From: Octopus vulgaris
Taxonomy: Eukaryota
DNA length: 64,000 nucleotides
Direction: 5' to 3'
NCBI GenBank assembly: GCA_951406725.2
Contig: OX597820.1
Location: 73,780,001-73,844,000 of the forward strand
The notes beneath the pieces were generated by a model. The model worked only from the letters and a program-made list of their open reading frames with translations. It ran no database searches and had not been told where the DNA came from. This document shows, one piece after another, positions 37,998 to 50,828 of this stretch. Both the position numbers and the translations under genes were made by a program. How positions within the stretch are numbered: the first letter of the stretch is position 1; every line of letters begins with the position of its first letter.

Positions 37998-38720
37998 TTA
38001 ATCATCTTTTTTATTGGAATCCTTATCGGTTTTCTTTTGAAGGACAGAATATTCTTCCAGCAACCTATCATATTCACGTTTAGTTGCTTCAGACTGAGAT
38101 TTCATGGCCATCAGATCAATCTGATTTTGTTTCAATTCACCTTTAGCATTTTGTAATTCCTCCTCTGCTGTTCCCAGCTTTGCTTTGAGAGCCTGAAGAT
38201 GTTTAGCGGCATTCTCCTTTTCAGAATTGGCCTGATTCTCTCCTGGGGGTGCTGATGAATTCATTAATCTATTAGCAGCTTCAGTAGCACTCACAGCTTG
38301 CTTATGAGTGGCTTCCAAATCAGTTTGCAGCTGAGCTTGGGTTGTGATCAGTTTGACAATACGATTCAAGACCATCCAGAGGAACAAAGAAAATCCAGAG
38401 ATGTAAAAATTACGTTGAGCCCGAAACAGGTTTAAATGCTGATTCTGTCCAACACCTGGCATGACTCCAGTCATGGTATCCAATTTGTCGATTGCGTTAT
38501 TATATTTACGAAGGTGCCAAATTGAGTCAAGGAAAGCAACAGCTAAGGCCAACATTAACAATCGAATATACAAATATGAGTATGTAGATATTAATGATAA
38601 AAGGCGAGATTTAAACAATTTTCTCCATGTCAGTGGTGATATGAAAGGCAACAGGAATAAGAAAACCATTCCAATTTCAAAATATAAAAAACTAGCAATT
38701 ATTGTCCACTGCAAACTCAT
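37998..38720 (-). CDS. BCAP31: B-cell receptor-associated protein 31/29 (BAP31 family), single coding exon, 240 aa
   Basis: Starts MSLQWTIIASFLYFEIG, has three hydrophobic segments, the family motif LFRAQRNFYISGFSLFL, a C-terminal coiled coil and a KKDD dilysine ER-retrieval signal. A splice acceptor (tatctacag) opens the exon at 38801, so the longer ORF start at 38909 is intronic. Confidence 0.95.
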   Translation of the reverse strand: MSLQWTIIASFLYFEIGMVFLFLLPFISPLTWRKLFKSRLLSLISTYSYLYIRLLMLALAVAFLDSIWHLRKYNNAIDKLDTMTGVMPGVGQNQHLNLFRAQRNFYISGFSLFLWMVLNRIVKLITTQAQLQTDLEATHKQAVSATEAANRLMNSSAPPGENQANSEKENAAKHLQALKAKLGTAEEELQNAKGELKQNQIDLMAMKSQSEATKREYDRLLEEYSVLQKKTDKDSNKKDD

Positions 38721-39003
38721 GATGAATATATGAGTTTGATGTGTGCAGGTGTGGTTGAGTATGCAGTTGTAGAACTTTTTGCTTTTGATTGGATTCAATA
38801 CCTGTAGATAAATAAAAACAAAAACAATTACATAAACATGAATATTAAATATAGGTGTACAACAGATTTTATACAAACATTTTTCAAAAAAAGAAGAGAA
38901 ACAGATCATTTCTAAAACAAGTTTACTTTTGTGGAGTATACTACATCATCATCATCATTTAACGTCTACTTTCCCATGTTTGCATAAAGCAGCCAGATGG
39001 TCG

Positions 39004-39280
39004 ATGCCAGTGCCACCTGACTGGCTCCCATGTCGGTGGCACGTAAAAAAGCACCATCCGAACGTGGTCAATGCTAGTGCTGCCTGACTGGCTCCCATGC
39101 CGGTGGCACATAAAAAGCACCATTTGAATATGGTTAATGCCAGTGCCACCTGACTGGCTCCCATGCCGGTGGCACGTAAAAAGCACCATTCGAATGTGGT
39201 CAATGCCAGTGGCACATAAAAAGCAACATTTGAACGTGGTCAATGCCAGTGCTGCTTGACTGACTCCCATGCCAGTGGCA
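39004..39280 (+). repeat. about 66-bp tandem repeat inside a family C element
   Basis: ATGCCAGTGCCACCTGACTGGCTCCCATGCCGGTGGCACGTAAAAAGCACC... recurs at 39004, 39071, 39137, 39203 and 39243. Confidence 0.85.
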
Positions 39281-40479
39281 TTGGAGCCTGGTACAGCCTT
39301 CTGGCTTGCCAGTCCTCAATCAAACCGTTCAACCCATGCCAGCATGGAAAGCAGACATTAAACGATCATGATGATTTGTTGAGGTAGATTTTCTAGAGTT
39401 GGATGCCCCTTTTGCCCTTAACCTTGACTTATTTCCAAGCAAATTATAATTCCCCATGGCCAGACAGCTTTTCCATGAAAGACTGGAAACTAACAACTTT
39501 GCTTGCATAACAATGACACTCATTTACTTGCAACCCATTATGTTTAAACAAGGCTACACATATACAGACATATTTATATATACATGACAGGCCTCTTTCG
39601 GTTTTTATCAACCAAATCCACTTACAAGATTTGGTCAGCCCTGAGCTACAGTAGAAGACAGGCTCAAAGTGCTGTGCAGTGGGATTGAATCCAAGACAAC
39701 ATAGTTTGCCTGCACCTAACCACATATATAAAATCATCATTTCCTGTCTGCCTTCCATACTGGCACAGGTTGGATCCTTTGACGAGATCCATTGGGTCAG
39801 ACGACTACATGATGTTCCAGTCTTAGTTTTGGCATAGTTTAACAACTGGATGCCCTTCCTAATGCAAACCACTTTACAAAGTATATTGGAGACTTGTTCC
39901 ACAGCAACAGCACTAGTGAGGTCACCATATTCCTTGCAAGATGAAAGAGTCCTGTCAACTGAGGGAAATATAGTAGAACAGGAGGTAGCTTTATGCTAGG
40001 TGTTGAGAAAGGGGACAGGAACAATATGTTGCTCACTTCATATTATCATATAAGGCTGGTACAAATAAATGGGTTGGAACCAAGAGGTAGAGATAATAGA
40101 TATAAGAAGGTGACTAGAGCCAGAAGATGGCAAAAGGGTGTGTGTGATGGGGAAGTGAGATGATTAGAAATACAAATAGGACTGAATTGAATAGTGAACA
40201 CGTGTGTATGTCGGTATATATTAGGGGATATTTGAATGTGTATGAAGGAGAGAGAGAGAGAGCGTTAAGGTGTACACACTTACCCTTGCTATCAAAAGAA
40301 ACCACCTGGTGACAAAAAGACCATCCTCTCCTGATAGTTGGTGCTTGTCCTTTGTGGAATTGGGGCAAAACTAAGATTTACCAAGTATATAACTATATCT
40401 GTGTTTCACTGACATATGCAAGGACCCATTGCTCTCATGCAAATGCATGTAAAAGTCTTTCTCAAAGTTGTCAAACACA

Positions 40480-43030
40480 GTCCCCCAAGAGCTCCATCAC
40501 TCTTCTCAAGACCACAAACTTAGAGCTGACATGATCAATGCCAGCACAACGTACAGTAGGTCTGGTGAGATTGTTGATATGCTAGAGCAGAGAAATATAG
40601 ATGTGTGTTGTGTGCTAGAAGTACAATGGAGGAGAGCATCAGTTAACTTGTGGACAAAGAATGTTGATACAAATTCTTCTAGGTAGAGAGTAATGAAAGT
40701 GTTGTGTGATGTAATAGTGACAGTTTTCTCTGTATGCTCTACATGCTGGACTGGCAATAAAAAGAGGGACTGTTTCTGTGAGTCCTTTTGCAGACTATGA
40801 CAATGACATTATCTGTTTGGTGAATTCAACAGTCATGTCTGGCAACACTCCAGTGAATTTTATGGTGTGCATGGAGGGTTTGACTTTGGTACTAGAAATC
40901 AGGAAGAAACAAGTCTGCTGGAGTTCTGAGATGCAAATGACTTGTTGGTCTGCAACACTACCTTCAAGAAAAACCAACCAGCCACTTATTAATCTAATGG
41001 GTGCACAAAGTAGATTAACTACATTCTCTCCAGAAACAGGGATAGACAGATGCTTGTAAATGCAAAGTTCTTCCCTGATGAATAGTTAATGACTTCAGAC
41101 TTAGGGTTAAATGGACTCAGACACACAAACCAGTTTAGAAAAGGAATACATGGAAGCTTAAAGATCTATTAAACAGTTAGACATTTAGAGACATTCTGAT
41201 TAATGCATTTGATGAGGAGGAAGAGAGAGTGATGTAGAGAACAACTGAAAGTTCTTACAGGAAAATCTGAAGGCTACAGACCAAATCTGTGATTGGGGCA
41301 AAGTTTTTGCCAGACCAAGGGTGAAATAGTGGTGGAACAGTTACGCAGACAGGGTCATAAAAGCAAGGAGACAGGGTCATAAAAGCAAGGAGACAGGTTT
41401 GGAATGACTGGAGAAATGGAGGCAGCAAAAAGCTACATCAGGTAACTAAAAGGAAAATTAGGTAACATGTTAATTTAGCAAGGGTGGAAGCAGAAAGAAA
41501 GAGGTTTGCTAAGTCTTACAGCATGAAGATCAAAGATGTGAGAGAAGTGTGTATGGATGGATAATGGTAAGCTTGCATTCAGTGACTCTTAAAAGAAAGG
41601 GCCTAGAAGTGTTACTATGAAAGGTTATTAAATGTGAAGAATGCATGGGAGAAAGGGAGTCTCCCAAATGTGAACCCAGAGGGACTAGCTATCCTAGTTG
41701 ACAGCAATATGATAGATAAGGGAATGAAGACAGGGTCCGTTGATAATTACTGCTGAAATGCTTAAAATATCTGGCAGAGTAGAATATAGTCTAGTCACAT
41801 ATAATAACGAGGCTATTCATGAGGTTGTCATCCCCAATGACTGGTATAGCAGCATTATCATCCATTGCTAGAAGGGTAAGGGAGATGTTTTTGAGAGAAG
41901 TAATGACAGAGATATGAAATTGCTGGAACACACCATGAAAGCTAGAGAGTTATAGCACAATTAATTAGGAAGAGAATGAGACTAGATGAAAAAATGCAGT
42001 TCAATGCTAGAGAGAAGTACTACTGATGCTATCTGTTGAGTCAGACAACTGCAGAAGTATTTAGCTAAGAATAAACCATTATATTTGACATTAGTTGACC
42101 TGAAGCAAGCCTTTGGCAGAATCTCTCACCCTGTGATACGGTGATCTCTGAGAAAGATGAATGCCTTGTGAAAGCTGTACAAGCTATATACAGGGGTGCA
42201 GTCAGTAAAGTAAGTGTTAGCCATGAGTATCAAATATAGTGCACAGGTAAACATTCATCAGGGCTCAGATTTCAGTTCCCTCTGATTCATCACTGTCCCC
42301 TAGGCTGTAACAGAATTTTAAGACTGGCTGCCCTTGGGGTACTTTATGCTGATGGCTTCTCTCTCATAGTACAATGTGTAACAATTAAAAAAGAAGTTCC
42401 AGATGGGGAATAAAAACCTGGAACTGAAGGACCTTAAATGTAGTAAAGAACAAGGTTCTAGTAAACAAGAAAACATACAGGACCCTACCCACTTCAGGTA
42501 ATAGCCCCTGCTCAACATGTAGGAAAACTGTATGGATATACAAGCAGTTCAGAGGAATTACAAATTTAATGGAGAAAGAGCCAAAAAGATGAAAGATACA
42601 CAGGAAAATGAATTTACTCAAATACCCAGAAGGCTCCCCAGTGGTAACAGATAATTTCTGTTATCTAAGTGACCTAGTTAGCAGTGGAGGAGGATGTTCT
42701 GAAAGTGTAGTTGCTAGAGTACGAATGGGATGGAGAAAATTCAGGAAGCTACTACTAATACTGTTGGTAACAAGCTCTCTCAATCCAAGTGAAAGGAAGA
42801 TGTGTGATGCTTCTGTATGAACAGCAATGCTACATGGTAGTAAAAGGTGGGCCCAGAATGCAGAGGACATGCAAAGATTAGATGTTGGATGTGCATGTAC
42901 AACAAAAAGCTAGTGTAGTGAGAGAAAAGTTAGGCATAACTGCAATTAGGTGTAACGTGCAAGAGAGAAGACTGATGGTTCGGTCATGTGGTGTGTATGG
43001 GTGAGGACAGCAACATTAAGAAGTACTGAT
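40480..43030 (+). mobile_element. near full-length but heavily degenerate RTE-clade LINE (endonuclease plus RT)
   Basis: Endonuclease motif SGEIVDMLEQRNIDVCCVLEVQWR, RT motifs HQGS and LYAD, and FCYLSDLVSSGGGCSESVVARVRMGWRKFR; many stops and frameshifts. Confidence 0.88.
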
Positions 43031-43033
43031 TGC

Positions 43034-43360
43034 TTAACCCTTTCGTTACCAAACCGCCCAAAGCCACCCGAAAAAAATTTTGGTTAATGTGACCAAGCCG
43101 CCCAAACCCGCCCATATTTGACTATTCATATTTAAATGAGAATATCAGAGCAAATCTCTTTAGTACATTCGTGAAAACAAGTGATTATACTTCGTAAACA
43201 GTTCATCTACAGTTTTGTACAACGATTGAAGTGTAATTTTAATTCCGTGAATTTTGGGAGATTTTTTTCCAAAATTTGTTCCTATTGTGTTTTCAAAATT
43301 TGTAATTCTGACAAAAAATGGATACGAATTTCAAGCAGCGAGTCAGAATTCAAAGGATTA
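43034..43360 (+). mobile_element. piggyBac-like 5' end
   Basis: TTAA|CCCTTTCGTTACC terminus with subterminal CCGCCCAAA repeats. No matching right end was seen. Confidence 0.5.
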
Positions 43361-45047
43361 CAAATCACTTCTGTCAATCATCGCCTAGTCTCACCTTTCC
43401 CGACTCATATGTATCATTGACCACTCCTTCATCCCTTGTCCACCATCCACTTCATCCATGCCTCAACCCTACATCATCATTTAACATCTGTTGTCCATGC
43501 TGGCATGGGTTGGACGGTTTGACCCGGCTGCCATGCTGGAAGGCTGCACCAGACTCCAGTGTGATTTGGCGTGGGTTTCTACGGCTGAATGCATTTCCCA
43601 ACACCAACCACTTAGAGTGTAATGGGTGCTTTTATGTGCCACTGGAGCGCTTTTATGTGCCACCGGCATGGGTACCAACTGTGTGACACCGGTATCTGTC
43701 ATGGCTGTGATTTTGCTCAGCTTGATGGATCTTCTTCTCAAGGGCAATATAATGCCAAAGGTCTCAGTCATTGCCTCCGTGAGACCCAACACTTGAAACA
43801 ACCTCAATAATTATCACTTAACCCTTTTCATTAGCAAATACCTATCACCTGTCAACATTCGGTCATCATTCATTATATTCACCACCTCACCGGTCCCCTC
43901 ACTCTCTACATACACTCTACCTTCTGGTGTTAGGAATAGCCTCCACTTTAGAAATAATACCTAAGAAGATACTGGAGCACAGTGCAGTTATTGGACCTGA
44001 TGGTCCAACTCATGCCAGCATAGATGAATGTTAAAAGATGATAAGGACAATTTATATATAAGTACAAAAATACATTCACCAAATGAGTACAAATACCTAG
44101 ATTTTGATGAAAATATACTAAGAACTTGAGAACAAAGCATAACCAAAAAATATGTTAGACTTTAAAAAAATATGAGAATGAGAGCTTTCGTCTTACAAGA
44201 CAAAATCCCACAATGCATTTGCAGTAACCAGTATTTGGTTACTTGACTGGTCTATAGAGAAAATCCACTTCATAGATATTATAACCCATAAGATCTTGAC
44301 ATGAATTGTGAATTTCCATTGAAAAATGATAGTGGTAGACTATCTAAGGAAAAATGGAAAGAGACAACACCAGCTAAATCATAAGAGCCAAAATGAATAC
44401 ATCACCCAAATGCTTAAAACTGATATGAATAACATCCTATGGGTCAGTACTGAACTCATTAAGAAATATCCAGTTCCTGATGACCCCTCACTCATGACTG
44501 CTATGTCGCATCACATCTCAAAGTTTATGCTTTTAAAATCCATAGGCAGGAGGCAGCTATGAAATATCTCCTGAACAAATGGGATAGCAAAGCCCTAAAG
44601 ATCAAAGTAAATTTGGTCACTGTTGGTTAGTCTCAGTCTTGAGTGAACATATGATAAAAGGAAGGCATTCCAGTCATGACCATCCTATCTTTTTGTGTAT
44701 CAAGAATTATATTGCCTGATAAGCTTTTAAGCTGGCCATACCTAACTCAAATATTCTACTTAATTCATGCTCAAATCAGTCAAATCCAATCTCATTCACA
44801 CATCCTACAAAATCATTTATAGAAAATGAACAAGCACAAGCAGGTTATCAAAAGCTCGAATCTACAAGATTAATGCAAAACGATGTGAATAAATAAGCAT
44901 TACACTTGACAGAGTAATAGGAATGTGAGAGGGTTAAGGAGCGTTAATTGGGGGATTTTTGCCTACTGTTTCAAGCAGGTTTACTGAGCACACAGAACTC
45001 CTTTGTTGAACAGCAAGATAACAGTCATAAACTGTTGTATCTTTTTT

Positions 45048-45277
45048 TTTCTTTATTGCCCAGAAGAGGCTAAACATAGAGGTGGACAAACAAAGACAGA
45101 CAAAGGGATTAAGTCGATTACATCGACCCCAGTGCGTAACTGGTACTTAATTTATCGACCCCGAAAGGATGAAAGGCAAAGTCGACCTCGGCGGAATTTG
45201 AACTCACAACGTAACGCAGACGAAATACCGCTAAGCATTTCGCCCGGCGTGCTAACGTTTCTGCCAGCTCGCCGCCT
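45048..45277 (-). mobile_element. SINE family B, young copy
   Basis: Near-complete copy with CpGs intact. Confidence 0.88.
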
Positions 45278-46127
45278 TACACTGTTGCATCTTACAAGCG
45301 AGAAAATATTGTCAGGCATGAATACAGCAGATGTTACTTCATCTATGAGAAAATAAGTCTCACTCCATCGAACACTATTTCGTTTCTTCAAAGAGGCAGC
45401 ATGAGGCATAAGTTACTTGTTTTCATTAATTCATCGAAGTGGTTGGTATATAAAACTGTGAGGTATGAGTTAACTTAAGAAGGGTGTGACAGGTGATGGT
45501 AGGAAGGACTAGCAGCGTTTCAGTTACATATGTGGATATACTTACATATGCCGCATACACACAAAATTGACTTTGGGGTGTATTATTTTATGGTGATGAA
45601 TATATTTTGTATCCATAAATTGATCAAATTCATCTTTCACACTAATTATTAACAAATTATTAAGGAATAAACTTAGCTATAACTATACCATTTAATACCT
45701 AAAATGTTGTTTAATGCACATCTACAGTAATTGAGCTAACACAAAGGAATTTCCACTATGATCATACTTCCGTCCTTTATCAAGTTTCACTGGTGCTACT
45801 TTAGTGTACAGTCCTACCACTATCTGCAATCTACTCTATGAACTGACCTGGTTTTCTGGTTTAGGGTTGGGGTTCAGGACTAGGGTGAGAGGGTTACTGT
45901 TAAGATTAGGTTGCAAGCTAAAGTATAAATGGCCAGGTAGACTTCACAATAAAGTGACACTGATTTATCTTGTCTTATTTATGATGGTAGTGTTCAGTTT
46001 GAGAGATTTAGTTGCTATTTCTTGTTGGGCAAATGATTGCAAAGAAATTCTCTCATTGGATTGATGTGTTGGAAAATCCTATTGAAAGGGTTAACAGGAT
46101 TGCATATTCTGTTATTGTTTTAAGTAA

Positions 46128-46450
46128 ATGGTGTATGACTTAATGGTTAGTGTATTCGGCACACGATCATAAGACCATGAGTTCAATTCCTAGTGATGCA
46201 ATGTGTCCTTGAGCAAGACACTTTATTTCACATTGCTCCAGTCCACTCAGCTGGCAAAAATGATTAGAACCTGTACATCAAAGGGCCAGCCATGTCACAA
46301 CCTGTATATCACTGAGTCTCGCCGAGAATTACATTAAGGGAACATGTGTCTGTGGAGTGCTCGGCCACTTGCACATTAATTCCATGACCAAGCAGTTCCA
46401 TTAATCAGATCAACTAGAACCCTCGTCATTATAACCTACAGAGTGCTCTA
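46128..46450 (+). mobile_element. tRNA-derived CORE-like SINE, family D
   Basis: A/B-box-like head and GTGTCCTTGAGCAAGACACT. Its 3' part is shared with the element at 55927-56288. Confidence 0.7.
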
Positions 46451-46661
46451 AGTAAAAGATGGGCTCTATTGAGAGACATGTCATTTAAGAAAAGGATTTA
46501 ATAAGACCATCATCTTGAGAGCATGCCTTTACACAAATATAAAAATTGGTAGAAGTGGGGAGCCTTCCCAGGCAGCACTTATGAGTCTGCTGTATAAGCC
46601 TGTACAAAGAATAGGCAGATGGGAGTTGCAGGGCGACAGCAAACTCAAGTGGTTCACACTA

Positions 46662-46881
46662 CCCTTTAGCATTTAAACCGGTCACGTCCAACCCAAATAT
46701 TGTGCCCATTTTATGATCAAACCAGCCAGATCTGGTCTCTTACACCTACTCTACAATGTCATTCTTAAAATAAACAATTGGATCATCGAAATCTCAAACC
46801 TACGAGATACTGCATGATTAATTTAAAACAATATGAATAAATAAGCTTTACATTTGACAGAGTAAACTGAATGCTAAAAGG
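46662..46881. mobile_element. piggyBac-like (TTAA) MITE
   Basis: CCCTTTAGCATT...AATGCTAAAAGG|TTAA. Related copies occur at about 35935-36072, 44720-44937 and 47035-47998. Confidence 0.75.
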
Positions 46882-47085
46882 TTAAAACCCTACAGTTTCA
46901 AAAATTGTAGATCAGGTTGGGATACGGGACTAGTTTTAGATAACCTGAAAAAAGGCAAAAAGAAAAGGCTTGAACTCTTCATTCTAAGCCTGTTCAGACA
47001 AGCCTGGCATGGGAGTTAAACTACTTCCTTTCAACCCTTTAGCCTTTAAACTGGACGTATCCAGCCCAAATATTTTACCTAGTTT

Positions 47086-47910
47086 CTATTCAAACCAGCC
47101 TGGTCCAACCTCTTACATCTACCCTATGATATCATTCTCAGAAAATATTGCATCACTGAAATGTTCAAACCAGCCCGGTCCAGTCTCTTAAACCTACCCT
47201 ATGATATCATTTTAAGGAAATATTGCATCACTGAAATGTTCAAACATTCCAGATCCAGTCTCTTACACCTACCCTATGATATCATTCTCAAAAACTATTA
47301 CATCACTGCAATGTTCCAACAGGCCAGATCCAGTCTCTTAAACCTACCCTATGATATCATTCTCAAAAACTATTACATCACTGCAATGTTCCAACCTGCC
47401 AGATCCAGTCTCTTACACCTACCCTATGATATCAATCTAAGGAAACATTACATCACTGAAATGTTCCAACCTGCCAGATCCAGTCTCTTACACCTACCCT
47501 ATGATATCAATCTAAGGAAATATTACATCACTGAAATGTTCCAACCTGCCAGATCCAGTCTCTTACACCTACCCTATGATATCGTTCTAAGGAAATATTA
47601 CTTCAATGCAATGTTCAAACCTGCCAGATCCAGGCTCTTACACCTACCCTATGATATCAATCTAAGGAAATATTACATCACTGAAATGTTCAAACCTGCC
47701 AGATCCAGTCTCTTACACCTACCCTATGATATCATTCTAAGGAAATATTACATCACTGAAATATTCCAACCTGCCAGATCCAGTCTCTTAAACCTACCCT
47801 ATGATATCATTTTAAGGAAATATTGCATCACTGAAATGTTCAAACCTGCTAGATCCAGTCCTGCATAATCCTATGATGTCATTCTCAAAAAATCTTACAT
47901 CACTGAAATT
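47086..47910. repeat. 75-bp minisatellite, 11 units, inside a TTAA-type MITE (47035-47998)
   Basis: Unit ATGTTCAAACCTGCCAGATCCAGTCTCTTACACCTACCCTATGATATCATTCTAAGGAAATATTACATCACTGAA recurs at an exact 75-bp period (47161, 47236 ... 47836). Confidence 0.95.
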
Positions 47911-48096
47911 TTGAAACTGCAAGATAATAGATGACTATTTCAAACCATGTGAATAAATGAAGTATAACATTTGACAGGTTAATCCGAATGCTACACAGTT
48001 AAAGAATGTTGCAAATTTTATCAGAGAAATCCTGACTCAGTAACAGAACTCCTGATAAAATTTAAGTCATGTATTCAACTAATGAAAGCTTTAGTG

Positions 48097-48158
48097 CAGT
48101 GGTTCCCAACTCTTCTATTTATATGAGTTTTGCCACAGGCCCCTTTTAATACGCTTAT

Positions 48159-48192
<34 letters not shown>

Positions 48193-48236
48193 CAAATTCT
48201 GAATTTAGTTCATGGACCCCTAGTTGGGAACCACTG
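48097..48236. mobile_element. hAT (Charlie-like) MITE
   Basis: TIRs CAGTGGTTCCCAAC and GTTGGGAACCACTG, with an 8-bp TSD CTTTAGTG/CTTTCGTG. Confidence 0.88.
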
Positions 48237-50828
48237 CTTTCGTGGCTCTTAACCTAGGTAGTAGCATCTTTAGGGGTCATTGTGAGCTTACAAGAAAGGA
48301 TGGGGCAAGAAAGTACTGAATATTTAGAGGGATCATGATGAAAAAAAAAAAAACATTATTTAAACTAAGAATAATCTTTAATCTTTTACTTGCTTTGCAC
48401 ATTGGACTGCGACCATACTAGGGCACCACTTCAAAGGGTTTTGACAAATCAACCCCAGTACTTAATTCTTAAGTCCGGTACTTATTCTACAGATCTCACA
48501 CACACAAGCATTTATAGGAAGGGCTTCCGCACAGTCTCCATCAACCAATTTCACTAACAAAGCATTGTTCGACCTGAGCCTATAGAAGACACATGGCTTA
48601 GTTTCCGTATTGCACAACTGAACCCAAAACTACATGGTTGCAAAACAAGCTTCTTAACCGCACAACCAATACCTTGTATTATAAACACATTTTCAAATAA
48701 TCTTCGTCGTGATTAGTAATGTGATTAAGAGATTGTCATCATGACGGATTACGTGCCAAGGTCCAACATAATTTCGTTATACAAATCTTTTGCCTTTTTT
48801 ATTAATTTCTAGAAAGAAAAAAAAAACTCAAACATATAGGACACTATACAAAAATCTAAAAAGATCAGGTCGTATTAGAACAGATGGCGAATAAACCACG
48901 AAACAGAATTGGTTTGTTTAGCAAACAAGAGCAAGAGGCGTTTATGAAACGGCATTCGGTGAATAAAGATGCGCGGAGTTACCGGGAATCACTGAGATCA
49001 GTATATCTTATAGATAGTAGTATTTCACTTTATGAAATTCATATAACGGTCACGTTTAGAACGCTCTTAAAACACGAGATGGTCACGGTCGGAATTCTTG
49101 TTTGTGATTGGAACGCCTTTAGAAATATGCGTTTTTTTTTTTTTAATAGTTATTTTTCCGCGGGTCCAGCATCCACGAAATCAGACTTTTTATTTTCATT
49201 TTTTAATTTCTTTTTTTGGAGAGTTTTCTACCACGGAGCCTAAACTACGGAATATCCGTGAATTTAATGTATATACACACATATACATACACATAAATGG
49301 GACTGTTGTTTTGGAAAATTTAAGGTTGTCAAGTATGGGCTACATCACTAATGTTTTTAAAACAACATCATTTATTCTAAAAAATATTCAGAAAGTTAAA
49401 ATAATTCAGTATCGAATTTGTTGAAGCGTAAGGTAACAAATTACGGAGCCGACAGACAAATGTGTCATGAAAAGCATTCAAGCGTGACATACCGTCCTTT
49501 GTGAGTATGCTCCGTCATCAACTCTTTTTAAAAAGAAAAAATGCTAAGGCGTAAAAAAAAAAATTAGTATGATTATTATTGACCTCAAAAGAATGAAAGG
49601 CCGAGGTTGTCTTTGTTTTCTAACGTTTCGGGATCGATAAAGTCCCAGTTCAGCATTGGGGTCGATGTAACAGACAAAGCCCTCCTCGAAAAATTTAGGG
49701 TCCTGTTCCTATTATCACTGTCATTGTTGCATGGAATTATTACCACTGTCATTATTGTATGGAAATCTATTATTATTATTATTATTGTAATTCAAATCCG
49801 GCCGAGTTCGATTTTGCTTTAAATCCTTTCGAGGGGCAATAAAGTCGGATATTGGGGGTTCGATGTAATCAAGTGGTCCCCATTCCCCTAAAAACTGCTG
49901 GTTTTGTACTTAAATTAGAAAATTAATATTAATATCGTCGTTGGATTCTATTTTGAGAGAAGAGAAGTTACTCATTATGTAGTCTAACCACAACAATAAC
50001 CATACATGTCGCTGTGCCAACCACGAAAACTAGGCCTTCATGCAGTGACCCGGTTTGCGAGAAATAGCAGCAGAAGAAAGAAAGTAAAAAAACAACATCA
50101 CCCTCAAAATAATACAATCACTGCCTTTGAAAAGCAAAATGACATGTTGAGATAATTTGAGATGGTGGTCATATCCGGAAATATATTCTATCATTAAACT
50201 GTATTTAGGAGGAGCGGAGTTGGACAGAAATTAAATATCGTTAAAACAACAACATAATTTTCATTATCTGTCACGTAGTTTTTCGAACTAAGTCTAAATT
50301 AATAAAGACACGTAAATATTAACAGTGTAATTGAACCGATACGGAAAAGACAAGAGAATTTTGTAAAATTAATTAAAATATATTGCGAAGTAATAATAAA
50401 GGTAAAAATAAGCAAATAGTTACGTGAATCTGATAAAGAATCGAGTGTTTTGTCCTTAAGTGATGATGGCGTTTTAATGCAGCCTCGTTCTGGTTTCTAT
50501 AGTGAAGTCAATAGAGCGACCTTGGTGTTTTATACGGAGCCTCATTTTCGAAGCAGCAATGTATCACTAACACATGGATAAGACAAACCAATGGTGCATC
50601 GTCTACGTGGTCGTTCTCACTGTTTCGTTATTTTTAACTACTTTAAGGTGCGAACTGACGGAATTATTACCGCATCGAACTACAATGCTTAATGACATTT
50701 CTTCTAGGTTTACGTTCTGCGTTCAAATGCCTTTCATCATTTCCGCGTCGGTGAATTATGTACCTGTTCATAACTTAGGCCAATGTAATCGTATCGTCCC
50801 TCCTCCCAAATTGCGGACTTTGTACCAA

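Noticed and set aside
38721-38909. N-terminal 63-aa extension of the BAP31 ORF
   Set aside because: It crosses a splice acceptor at 38801, and family proteins begin at MSLQW.
44326-44562. 78-aa ORF in the putative BAP31 5' intron
   Set aside because: No recognisable motif or splice signals; it may be an old transposon remnant.
47161-47868. 235-aa ORF as a real gene, or the array as a CRISPR
   Set aside because: It is a pure 75-bp tandem repeat with no unique spacers, derived from a MITE interior in a eukaryotic context.
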